Positions 1 to 10,230 of a stretch of DNA of 64,000 nucleotides are shown here, piece by piece. The position numbers were made by a program, and so were the translations under genes. The notes under the pieces are model-generated. The model was given only the letters and a program-made list of their open reading frames with translations, was not told the origin of the DNA and searched no databases. This stretch comes from Takakia lepidozioides (lineage: Eukaryota > Plantae > Bryophyta), in contig CM060734.1 of NCBI GenBank assembly GCA_030704615.1, positions 17,670,001 to 17,734,000 of the forward strand. Direction: 5' to 3'. Every line of letters begins with the position of its first letter. Position 1 is the stretch's first letter.

Positions 1-14
1 CCTTTGAGCGCGCC

Positions 15-538
15 ATGGTGACACCTGGAGTTGTCTTGTTAGACAACCAGGATGGCATTTTCTCTTTGAGTGGACCGGCAGGCAAGAAGTACCGGCCACT
101 GCGGGTCTTGTTGGACTCAGGAGCTCAGCCACTGATGTTGGGCAGAGCTGCTATTGCAGGTTTGGGCCTCATGGAGGCGGATATGGAGCCTTGTCCTTTC
201 CAGATACAGACATCTCTGGGAGGATCAGAGCAGCTCGGGGCATGACACGGCATCAGTTGGCCATTAGACTGCAGCCGGATCATCCTATCGATGGCTCAGT
301 AATGCGAGCCAAGGCCATTGTGACAGACGCGGTCTCTTACGATGTCCTCGTTGGTGGGGCAGTGTTATACCCCATGGGCTTCACCCTGGACTTCTGGGAG
401 GAGTCAGCATTCTACAGGCCTGGATGGCAGTCAGGGGATGGTCGCCGTGCACAGCTCCCTGTGACATTCATTGGGGGTATTGCAGCTGCCCAGCGGGGCA
501 AGATGCCAACACTAGCCTGCCTTCACAGCTGCAGTTAG
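15..538 (+). pseudogene. Retroviral-type aspartic protease region, frameshifted
   Basis: RVLLDSGAQPLM active-site motif and YDVLVG flap-side motif split over ORFs 15..245 and 191..538; continuous in copy 2. Confidence 0.85.
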
Positions 539-551
539 TTGGCCTGGAGAG

Positions 552-1870
552 TTGCTGGAAGGCAATGCCCATGCAGAGGATGTGCCACCTCCAGCAGAGC
601 AGGATGACATGCATGGTACGGTGGAGTTGCCTGCCATGGTTGCTCACACTCCATTGTGGGGTACGAGCAAGGATTTGCAGCAAGCTGCTGATAGACGGGT
701 GCAACAAGCTTGGGTAGAAGCTTTTGTACCGTCAGGAGAGGAGGAGAGTGCGGTGATTGCACCAGGGAAACCTCAGTTGTCGCCATTGGACACCACACCT
801 CTTGTGTGGCAGCGGCCGGATGAAGGCATATGCCTTCTGGACTTATTTGGCGGGATCAGCACTGGATTGGCTGCAGTGCTGCAGGCAGGTGTACGAGTTC
901 GACGTTACCTGTATGTGGAGAGGGATGAGACTGCACGACGCGTCTCACTGCGCCATGTTGCTCAGATGCTGCAGCAGTACCCTGAGTTGTTGCCGGTGTC
1001 TGCAGTTCGTGGATATCAGCAGGCCTTGCCAGCAGACATTGCGTTGCTGGGGGCGCAGGATTTGGAGCGGGTTGGCTCCATTGATCTGGTAGTGGCAGGT
1101 TGGCCCTGCCAAGGGCATTCATCAGCCGGGCATGGCAATGGATTGCGAGACTCGAGGACGGGTCTGTTTTGGGAGATGGTGCGGATTTTGCGCCACTTGC
1201 AGCTTCATCAAGCTGTATCTCCAGCATACATCTTGGAGAATGTGCCACTGATGGGTGATTCTCGGGCCAGGGTGATGGCCAGTGTGCATCAAGTCCGGTC
1301 GTGGCTTGGGTCAGCAGTGCTGCTGGATGCAGCTGCAGTGGGATCACGGGCTCATCGTCCACGGCTATGGTGGACTAACTTGATGCCACCCGCACTGCTC
1401 AAGCGTGCATTTGATGGGGTGCAGCGGCCAGCACACCTCATAGTGGGAGCATTTTGGACACAGGGAGGCAGTCTCAACGTGTGAGACACGATGACCGTTC
1501 GCCTTTGGCAGTGGTCAACAGGGTGGGTCAACCACGAGCAGCATTACCTACACTGCTCAGCTTCCCAGGATCCCATGCTTTTCGGGATGGTGGACCTGGC
1601 CTCCTGTGGGATGCTCAGTTGCAGCAGTTAGTGGAGCCTAATGCCGACGAGCGAGAGCGGGCTATGGGGTTTTCCACTGGGACCACGGCGGTGCCTTCTC
1701 TTTCTGAGGCATCACGGCGTCAGGTGTTGGGGCAAGCAATGGATCTCAATTGCTTGACCTGGATTATCAGCTTGGCTATGGCTGAGCAACGTAGAGTGCG
1801 GAGTGCACTCCCTTCATGGTCTCTCTGCCTACCGAGACGGTACAGGCAGCGAGTGGGGGCGAGCCGGTGA
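552..1870 (+). CDS. DNMT3-like C5-cytosine methyltransferase domain of the retrotransposon polyprotein (one 1-nt frameshift near 1447)
   Basis: Motif I LLDLFGGISTG (~831), IV IDLVVAGWPCQGHS (~1098), VI ILENV (~1236), VIII AHRPRLWWTNL (~1353), IX ERERAMGF, X RQVLGQAM, in non-permuted order. Confidence 0.92.
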
Positions 1871-2219
1871 GGACCACGGGGTGTAGACATCCATGGCACA
1901 CGTGGGAGGTGCTCGAGGTTCAGAGGGAGTTGGCAGCCAAGGCAGCTGTGATGGATGTTCTCGGGATGAGGAGGTTCTCAATGATGAGATGATGGGGCAG
2001 GATGAGGCCTTGTCATTGACTGAGCAGGAAGGGAGTACTGCTCAAGAGGTTGCAGCATAGCAACCACGGGACGCGTCCTCTACCTCTAAGCCCACTGGAC
2101 TTAAGGTTGCAGTTACGGAGGACAATTGGGAGCCTGACATTGGACCCATTGTCACCGGAGGAGAGAGACGACGTATACGGCGGTTCCTGAGGGCTTACAG
2201 GAATTGCTTTGCCTTCAGT

Positions 2220-4502
2220 TTGAAGGACTTGGGAGCACTGAAGGGTCAAGAGATCCGTATTGAGTTGGCCACTGACACGCCAATCTTTCGGAGACCCTAT
2301 AGATACAGTGACATGGAGAGGTCTTTGATTCAGATGAGGACTCAAGATCTCTGGGAGGCAGGTTTGGTGGAGCTCTCTGGTGGAGAGTATGCTTCAGCCA
2401 CAGTGATGCCAGCCAAGAAGGATGTCTATGGCAATTGGACGGAGAGACGTATGTGCGGTGATTACCGGCCTGTAAATCGTCAGACCAAGTCCGATAGGTA
2501 TGCCATGCCGACACCAGAGGAGATCTTTGATGCCATTGGGCATTCCAAGGTCTTTAGCACGTTGGATTTACGATCCGGATATCACCAGTTGCCGATCAAG
2601 GAGGCGGATAAGCAAAAGACGGCATTCTGGGGGATCAATGAGCACGGGAAGGATTGCCTATACCAGTGGCGGTTCTTACCATTTGGGCTTAAAAACGCTC
2701 CCGCTGAGTTTCAAAGAGTCATGGACAGGATTCTAGCAGGGGTGGAGTTTGCTCGGTGCTACATAGATGACATCATCATCTTTAGTGCTACGGTGGAGGA
2801 GCATGAGAGACACCTTCAGGGGGTATTTGAGCGCTTGAGGACGCACGGATTGAAGTTACATCCGGGCAAGTGCAAGTTTTTCCACAACCAGATTGAGTAT
2901 CTGGGTCACATGATATATCCTGGAGGATTGGGGGTACAGCAGACTAAGGTAGAGTCCATTGCACAGGTTCCACGCCCCACGGATGTGAGCCGAGTTCGAG
3001 CTTTCATGGGGTTAGCAAACTATTACAGACGGTTTGTTAAGGGATTTAGTGCCATTGCAAAGGCTCTAACCAAGCTGACCAAGGTGGACCAGGAGTGGCA
3101 GTGGGAAGATGAGCAAGAACAAGCTTTTCAAGAGCTCAAGGCGAGGTTGACCTCGGCGCCCATCTTGAGACGACCTATCAGGGGGCGTCCTTTTCAGCTG
3201 CATACAGATTGGAGCATGCTGGGGCTTGGAGCGGTGCTCACACAGGTGGATGATGAGGGAAGAGAGTTCGTAGTGGCTTATGCTAGCCGCTCGAACAATG
3301 CTGCAGAGTCTAAGTATAGCTCATATGAGGGAGAATGCTTAGCTGCAGTGTGGGCCGTGGCACACTTCAGGTGCTATCTATACGGCAATCTCTTCACCCT
3401 TGTCACGGATCACCAACCACTCAAGTGGTTGATGGAGTCAGACAAGCTTACGGGGAAGCTTGCACGGTGGGCACTCATCCTTCAAGAGTATGACTTTCAG
3501 GTGGTGCATCGACCGGGTTTGGTCAATCGCAATGCAGATGGGTTGAGTCGCAATCCATGCACGAGCCAACAGGATGACACTGGAGCTCGGTGGCATGGTG
3601 AGACGGACGAGGAGATGGTGCCCGGATGGCATGCATCTGCATTTCTGTGTATCTTGGCAGCGGAAGGCCAGGTTGGACCTGCAACAGGGATGACTGTAGA
3701 TCAAGTGTCTGAGGACCCTGAGGCCAGCAATGAGCAAGGTGGCGCCAAAGATATACATGAGGATTCAGTTGTGTTGGACTACCTCCGCACTGGAGACACG
3801 GCAGCCACTGTGACTGCCAAGGAGAGGGATCGGATCCTACAACGAGCCAAGAGGTTCAGGTGGGAGGGGACACACCTGCTCCGAGTGTGGGAGGATGGTC
3901 GAGTGAGGATTGTGCCTCACCCAACACAGCGGGCACGGTTAGTGCGGCATGCCCATGAGGAGTTGGGGCATTTTGGGGTGCGACGCACTCATAGTCTACT
4001 GCAGGGGCAGTATTGGTGGCGTGGTATGCACACAGAGGTGCAACAATTTGTGGCTAGGTGCATGGTGTGTGACAGGGTGCGTGCTTCATTCAACGCCCCT
4101 ACTCCACAATTGCACCCTCTTCCGATCATGGGATTGGGCTACAGGTGGAGTCTTGACTTCGCAGGGCCGTTGCCACTGACCATGCGCCACAACAAGTACG
4201 TGTTGGTGATGGTGGAGCACTTCTCCAAGTGGATTGAATTGGTTCCATTGCCTGATAAGGCTAGTGAGGGAGCTGCGTATGCATTCCTGGATTGTGTGCT
4301 TAGCCGATTCGGTGCTCCAGCTGAGGTACTCACGGACCAAGGGAGAGAGTTCTTGGGGGAGTTTCAGGCTTTGTGTGACAAGGCCTTGATAGACCACCGC
4401 ACCACTTCTCGGGATCATCCTAAGGCCGATGGCTTGGCAGAGAGAGTTGTTCAGACAGTAAAGAGGGGTTTGCGCAAGTATGGCTTGCAGAGGGACACCT
4501 AG
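2220..4502 (+). CDS. pol: reverse transcriptase, RNase H, integrase (HHCC and DDE core)
   Basis: [32 protein letters not shown]; RNase H LHTDWS...TDHQPL; integrase HEELGH...CMVC, SLDFAGP, LTDQGREF, GLAER. Confidence 0.96.
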   Translation: MKDLGALKGQEIRIELATDTPIFRRPYRYSDMERSLIQMRTQDLWEAGLVELSGGEYASATVMPAKKDVYGNWTERRMCGDYRPVNRQTKSDRYAMPTPEEIFDAIGHSKVFSTLDLRSGYHQLPIKEADKQKTAFWGINEHGKDCLYQWRFLPFGLKNAPAEFQRVMDRILAGVEFARCYIDDIIIFSATVEEHERHLQGVFERLRTHGLKLHPGKCKFFHNQIEYLGHMIYPGGLGVQQTKVESIAQVPRPTDVSRVRAFMGLANYYRRFVKGFSAIAKALTKLTKVDQEWQWEDEQEQAFQELKARLTSAPILRRPIRGRPFQLHTDWSMLGLGAVLTQVDDEGREFVVAYASRSNNAAESKYSSYEGECLAAVWAVAHFRCYLYGNLFTLVTDHQPLKWLMESDKLTGKLARWALILQEYDFQVVHRPGLVNRNADGLSRNPCTSQQDDTGARWHGETDEEMVPGWHASAFLCILAAEGQVGPATGMTVDQVSEDPEASNEQGGAKDIHEDSVVLDYLRTGDTAATVTAKERDRILQRAKRFRWEGTHLLRVWEDGRVRIVPHPTQRARLVRHAHEELGHFGVRRTHSLLQGQYWWRGMHTEVQQFVARCMVCDRVRASFNAPTPQLHPLPIMGLGYRWSLDFAGPLPLTMRHNKYVLVMVEHFSKWIELVPLPDKASEGAAYAFLDCVLSRFGAPAEVLTDQGREFLGEFQALCDKALIDHRTTSRDHPKADGLAERVVQTVKRGLRKYGLQRDT

Positions 4503-4534
4503 GAGATTGGGACCTTCAGTTACCCTGGTTAGCC

Positions 4535-5194
4535 ATGGGCTACAGGTTCAGCAAGCAAGCATCACTTGCCTCCTTCTCACCATACTTTCTTCTCTTTGGC
4601 CGAGAGCCGGATTTGCCTACATCCATTCGCAGAGAAGCTGCTACAATTCTTAACCTTGACGATCCGGACGTGTGGGCACGTGCATGTGAGCAGCGTGCAA
4701 AGTTGTTCAAGAGAGTCATGCCCATGGCTTTCGAGAACCTTGCCATTGCACAACACCGTGATACGTTGAGGTATGCTACCATACGTGGTGGGGGCTATCG
4801 TCCTGGGGTTCGGAGATTCAACCCTGGTGACTATGTCTATCTGCAGCAGACTGCCCCTACGACCCTGGATGTGACTGCAGGACGTGTTATTTTGAGGGTT
4901 CGAGAGGTCTTGCCTTCAGGCGTCTTGGTCTTGGAGGGTCGGGATGGCATAACTTGGAAGGACCATGTGCGTAATTGTGCGCCATGTCACCTTCCGAATG
5001 TCGATGGCAGGATTGACCCCAACCTGGCAGTGGTATCTGCAGGTTTGAGGTGCATGTTGTGTGGGTCTGCTAAAGGGGCAGCCACCATGCTGGTGTGTGA
5101 TCGATGCTCTAGAGGTTGGCATATGGGATGCTTGACTCCACCTCTTGAGATGGTTCCAGATGGGGATTGGTTATGTCCACATTGCATTGGATAG
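4535..5194 (+). CDS. Integrase C-terminus ending in a PHD finger (PHD about 5051-5186)
   Basis: SPYFLLFGREP integrase tail, then C4HC3 pattern CMLC-x10-CDRC-x4-H-x2-C...WLCPHC. Confidence 0.92.
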   Translation: MGYRFSKQASLASFSPYFLLFGREPDLPTSIRREAATILNLDDPDVWARACEQRAKLFKRVMPMAFENLAIAQHRDTLRYATIRGGGYRPGVRRFNPGDYVYLQQTAPTTLDVTAGRVILRVREVLPSGVLVLEGRDGITWKDHVRNCAPCHLPNVDGRIDPNLAVVSAGLRCMLCGSAKGAATMLVCDRCSRGWHMGCLTPPLEMVPDGDWLCPHCIG

Positions 5195-5443
5195 TGGGAG
5201 TGGATATAACCATGGAAGGCTAACAAGAAACGCAAGGCCCAGCTACTAGGAGACCTTGAACACACGAGATCCTGGCTCAAGTTCACAGATTGCAAGACGG
5301 CGACTAACGATGGGGCTACTCTTGTACCCGGCCTCTTGGTCTATAGAGTTTGAGTACAATAGGGACAGTGATAGAGGACTTAGTACGGTTGTGGCTATTT
5401 CATCTTGTAGCTATCTGGAGGTAGAGGGACCTATCCACCAGCT

Positions 5444-5520
5444 AGGGGGGCGATTGTGGCAGACTACTTTATTGTGCATATATGTGTGGTGTGGTTTGGA
5501 CAGCGATGTAGTTGTGTAGC
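5444..5520 (+). promoter_or_regulatory. Polypurine tract (AGGGGGG, 5444-5450) and probable start of a truncated 3' LTR (TGTGGCAG at 5455)
   Basis: Purine run 4 nt before TG, downstream of pol; TGTGGCAG is an imperfect inverted match to CCGCAACA upstream of gag in copy 2 (32715-32722). Confidence 0.6.
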
Positions 5521-6323
5521 GATATGTATGCGCACGACAACTTCCAAACTTTGCCAACACGTTCCAGACACCCTCTCACAGGTCCCGGACTAATATCAGA
5601 TCAATCGAAAATTCATTCGATGGCTCAACGGATGGTTGGCCATCGAAATGATTTTGGTTCGCTTTGAGACTTGGCCACTATGTTCAATGTGCCATGTAAG
5701 AGGCCCCAGAGTAATATGAGATCAATCGAAATTCGTTCAATGGGCCAACGGATGGTTGCCCATCCAAATGATTTTCGTTCGCTTTCAAACCTTGGCCAGT
5801 GTGTTCAATGTACCCTCTGATACGTCCCAGTGTAATACGAGACCAATCGAAAATCGTTCCATTGTCCAATGAGGCGTTCACTTGTCATCTGGTTTTTGTT
5901 CAATGCGAAAAAAGAAATCCTGCAATGCGTGCACGGCTATTGCACCCATTGAACGGTTGTGGTTGAAGCCCCTCTTTTGCCCGCACGTGCTTGAACATGT
6001 GCGCGACACATGTACGGAGACACAACAGACGAATAAATCATTTGCCTCCATGGAGGTAGTATGTAACTATTCTCATGCAGATAGTTTCAGCTTGGTTTTG
6101 CAACTACCTTCATGTAGAAAATCCTAAAACTACCTGCATGGAGGTAGTTGTAAATTTCATATGCCAAAAAAATTCGAAGTCCTCGACCATGAAGGTAGTT
6201 TGCTCCTATATTAATGAGACGGCGGGCCCCATCGTGACCAGCCTTACGACGAGAAGGCCACACAAATTCTGAGCCCTTCCATGGCACCTACTTTTGGCGC
6301 GAACTTCTTGGTCCAAACCAGTG
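5521..6323. mobile_element. End of a CACTA-type element (terminus CACTG on minus strand) with subterminal repeats
   Basis: Ends ...GGTCCAAACCAGTG at 6323; repeated ATGGAGGTAGT/ACTACCT motifs 6050-6200. Confidence 0.5.
5583..5865. repeat. Tandem repeat of about 120 bp, about 2.3 copies
   Basis: TAATAT.AGATCAATCGAAA...CAACGGATGGTTG.CCATC.AAATGATTTT.GTTCGCTTT...TTGGCCA recurs at ~5591, ~5712 and ~5833. Confidence 0.8.
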
Positions 6324-7131
6324 TTGGTATGGTATCAGGGTTTCGCCGGGTATTAACCCAGGTCTCTCCTAACCTAACCTACTGTTCTCTAGCCTGACAC
6401 AGCCTTACACAGTCCGACACAGCCCAACACAACCAGTCACAGCCCAACACAGCCAGTCACAGCCCGACACAGTTTGGCACAGCCCATCACAGCATTCACA
6501 GGGAACGGTTTTTAGCGGCAGGGAACGACTGTGTGGGAATGACATTTGCAGAGGGAACGTGCATTCTGTCTGGATGACAGTTAGTTAGTTAGGCAGTTAA
6601 AACAACTTGCAAGTAGAATAGGCAAAGTAGCAACAGGGAGAGACACACTTCTTGGGGATCACAACTTGGTCATCGGGGAGGAGAAGGACGATCTGGAGCT
6701 GAGGGATGGAGAGCACAATGGAGGAGGAGAAACAAACTGTTGATGCTTGATTCATGCAAGCTATAGAGTTGTACTGTAGAGCAGATTAGAGACACCATGG
6801 CTTCGGCCTGATACTTGATAGATATTAATCTGATACATATTTCATGCTCACACTGTGTAGAGAGACCTAAGTGAAGCTGTGGAATGAATGGACAAGTGAT
6901 TGGAACCTGGTAGATTGCTGAAGCAATCTGATACTTAAACATAGACGGTAAGGTAACTTGCTAGTATGAATGTGAGAAGGAATACAAATAGGAAGTACCC
7001 CCATGATACACTAGCTGTAGGTCATGACTGATTGTTCTGAGCGGGCTAAGTGCTTAGAGATGTCCAACTCTTCTATCTTGGAGTTTCCACCTCGGATAGC
7101 GAAGGGATGGGTGAGTAAAAGCCGCTTGACA
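6324..7131 (+). mobile_element. 5'-truncated LTR (LTR-A) of the Athila-like family, no PBS after it
   Basis: Collinear with 9450-10208; last ~120 nt nearly identical; ends TGACA. Confidence 0.85.
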
Positions 7132-9312
7132 GTTGCTTGCCTCTGTAAGATCGTCGTGCTCTTCACTCGTAGATCCTCCATTTCTCTAATTCGCTTGATC
7201 CCGGACAAACAAGAAGGCCTTGTTTGGAATAATTGCAGGAAAGCTTGTAATGCGTATAGCATGAAAATGTGATTAGCACAAAATGGAACATGCAAGTGCG
7301 TGTAAGCCTGCGGGGCTTGCAAATAGTGAGTGAGAGAGAAAGTACTTTCGACCTGTCCTTCCTTGCGCCACTGCGTAAGAAGTAGAGCTAGTGTATAGTC
7401 CGTGATATCCGCCATAGCTACAAAACTATAGCTTTGATTGCCCCTCCTGTCGAGACACTGGTTATCCGGAATAACACCTATTCTTCCGCTCATAATCTTC
7501 TTAGTTTCTTGTTCTTGTTTCTTGAATGGAGTCTCTTGCACAAAATTCACGTTGCTGATTGGCCGTTGCCTCATTAGGTAACTTCTCATTTTTACCCCAA
7601 TCTGTTCACATTCCATCTTGGAATGACCACTAGGACTGCATATGTGGCAAAGGTTCCCCTTTGCCGAACGCGTGAAGTGTCCGGTTACCTGTCCTCTTGA
7701 TGCATTAATGGGCTCGTAATAAGATTTGGTTGATGTACCGGGTAGGTACTTTGATGGCCCTGTTTGTCTTCTTGTGTGATGTCGCTCGTTATTGCAGTAC
7801 ATGCAATGCGGAGTGCTTTGCCCCTTAGGCCACGTGTTTGAATTCAAACACTCTCCCGTCTCCTTCTGTCCGAGTGGCATGTATTCTCCGAGTTTGACTT
7901 CCAAACTGTCCTTACACTTACCGGCCACTTTACTGACGTTAACTCGTGTCCATCTGTCACTGCCCTTATGGACTGTGCAATCTGTGTGGGCTGTGTCGCA
8001 TGTGTTGGGCTGTGACAGGATGTGACAGATTGTGGTGGGCTGTGATGGCTATATGAACACATGTGTTCTCTGCTATGGCCATACACATTCGGCTTTATGA
8101 CAAATGCTTGATGCTCCGCTGGTGCTACTGGTGTAGTCTGTGACTGCATCTGTGTTTCAAGATGCAAATCATGCTGCAATGGTCTATCATGGATACCACT
8201 GTATCCCTTCAACTTATTGGCATTGACTCTACCAAGCATCTCTTTGTTAATGGTTTGTTACATAGTTGTGTTGTTATCATACATCTTCTGTATGACATAA
8301 GGTCATTTCCATGGTGATTTAAGCTTAGAAGCTTTAATTTTTTATTTTTTTTTCTGCAACCACAGTACCAAATCACCTATCTTAAAAGTCTTCAATTTAC
8401 CTTCATCAAACTGATCCTTCCTCTTCATCTGAATTTTGGCCATGTTATCTGTTGCATCAACACGTACTTCTTCCACATGATATAGTTCATGTTTCCTTAC
8501 TTTAATTGAATCCTCCAATTCCATTCTCCTCCCCCATTCAGTTCTCATGGTAGGTAATCAGAATTCCACTGGAAGTAAAGCTTCCATGCCATAAACTAAT
8601 TGGAATGGTGTGTACTTGATGGTGACCTTATATGAAGTCCTATATGACCACAAAGCTGTCAACAGCTTTGTATCCCAGTCTGTCCTGTTCGCATTGACTA
8701 GCTTAGCCAAGATAGTGCATAGTATTTTGTTGGTGGCCTCTGCCTGCCCATTGCCCTGTGGGTAATAGGTTGTACTCTTCCTCATGGTGGTACAAGCATC
8801 GTTTAAGAACTCCATCAGGTCCTAGCTTATACAATCTTCCTCCTATCATAGTGTATGGTAATGCCTTGATAGCTATTATTTTCCTCTGCTCCTTCCCATA
8901 ACTGGGTGGGCACTGTCCATGAGTCAAATAATATCTGATTGGCCACTGCCAATCCATCCAGTCATCTGCTCCATGTACTTCTACTGCAAATAAACCTGCA
9001 TCAGGCAGTTGATCGTCTACTGTGGCGGGCTCTCCTGTTGAAAGGCATGACAAGTGATCTGCCACAAGATGCAAACGTCCAGGTTTGTAAACAACTTCGA
9101 ATTCAAATCATGCAGTATAATCAGCCATCTTGCTATCCTTCCACTTATCAAAGGCTTGTTCACCAAATAAATCAGAGATTGATGATCCACATAGAACATA
9201 AACTTCCTTCCCAGCAAATAATGCCTGAACTTCTTGACTGAATAAATCATTGCCAAAGCTTCTCTTTCAGTGCTAACACAGCCCCCAATGCTTCTCCTGA
9301 GGCATCACAATG
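7132..9312 (-). pseudogene. Inverted, internally deleted fragment of the Athila-like family (RNase H, integrase, 3' ORF start)
   Basis: Translations match 15125-17705 (MIYSVKKFRHYLLG, STTYYPQGNGQAE, YSFVAMADITDY) with deletions, stops and frameshifts. Confidence 0.93.
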
Positions 9313-9313
9313 T

Positions 9314-10208
9314 TGTTAGAGGGCTGCTTGGGACTTAAACGCTTTTACGGGTTCTGTGGGGTACCCTTAATTTTTGCACAGACTTACGGATGGTAGACTG
9401 AGACCAACATGAGCCTTAGGGATGGCAGGCGCAGGCTTTAGGGGGGGATAGACAGCCCGACACAGCCCAACACAGTCTATCACAGCTTCGCACAGCCAGT
9501 TACAGCCCGACATAGCTTTACACAGCCAGTCACAGCTCAACACAGTCACAGCTCGGCACAGCTTGACACAACCTGTCACAGCGTACATGGGGAACAATTA
9601 TCATTAACAGGGAACGACTATGTGGGAACGACATCTGCAGAGGGAACGTGTTACTTCAGGGGTGACAGTTAGTTAGTTAGGTGGTTAGAACAGCTTGCGG
9701 GTAGATTAGGCAGGGTGGCAACAGGAAGGGGATCACTTCTTGAGGAGCGCGACTTGGTCAGGGGAGGAGGAGACGAAACGGAGAGCGGAAACAGTGAAGA
9801 TGAGATAATGACTTGATTGAGGCTTAATTCATGCAAGCTGTAGAATCATACAGTAGGGTAGATTAGGGACACCATGGCATAGGCGTGATACTTGATTAAT
9901 CTTAATCTGATACTTATTCGATATAAACATATTGTGTAGAGAGACATGAGAGAAGCTGTGGAATGAATGCATGACTGATTGGAACTTGGTAGATACTGAA
10001 GCAATCTGATGCTTCAGTATACACAGTAAGATAATTGATAACATGAAGGCAAGAAGGAATACAAATAGGAAGCACAACCATCATTCACTAGCTGTAGGTC
10101 ATGACTGATTGTTCTGAGCGGGCTGAGTGCTTAGAGATATCCAACTCTTCTATCTTGGAGTTTCCACCTCGGATAACGAAGGGATGGGTGAGTAAAAGCC
10201 GCTCGACA
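9314..10208 (+). repeat. 5' LTR (LTR-B), TG...CA, contains a 10-bp CACAGC minisatellite
   Basis: Starts TGTTAGAGG, ends CTCGACA directly before the PBS; homologous to LTR-A. Confidence 0.82.
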
Positions 10209-10210
10209 TT

Positions 10211-10230
10211 TGGCGACCATACTGGGGATC
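10211..10230 (+). promoter_or_regulatory. Primer binding site, tRNA-Arg type
   Basis: TGGCGACCATACTGGGGATC 2 nt after the LTR end; resembles the plant tRNA-Arg PBS TGGCGACTCCACTGGGGA. Confidence 0.75.

Larger units (their letters stand above)
1..5520 (+). mobile_element. Ty3/Gypsy LTR retrotransposon carrying a DNA methyltransferase, copy 1 (5' part outside window): PR-DNMT-RT-RH-IN-PHD, PPT, start of 3' LTR
   Basis: Gypsy domain order with PR (VLLDSGAQ), C5-MTase motifs, RT YIDD, RNase H, integrase and PHD on one strand; bases 1-1940 are near-identical to 34874-36811. Confidence 0.93.

Noticed and set aside
552-1870. Bacterial restriction-modification methylase or host DRM/DNMT3 gene
   Set aside because: No restriction partner, no introns or UBA domains, not permuted, and fused in frame to a retroviral protease in copy 2
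7011-7928. 305-aa gene
   Set aside because: Chimeric read-through from the inverted internal fragment into LTR-A
6324-10208. Intact 3.9-kb non-autonomous LTR element
   Set aside because: LTRs are too divergent, LTR-A lacks a PBS, the interior is antisense and LTR-B is the 5' LTR of the next element
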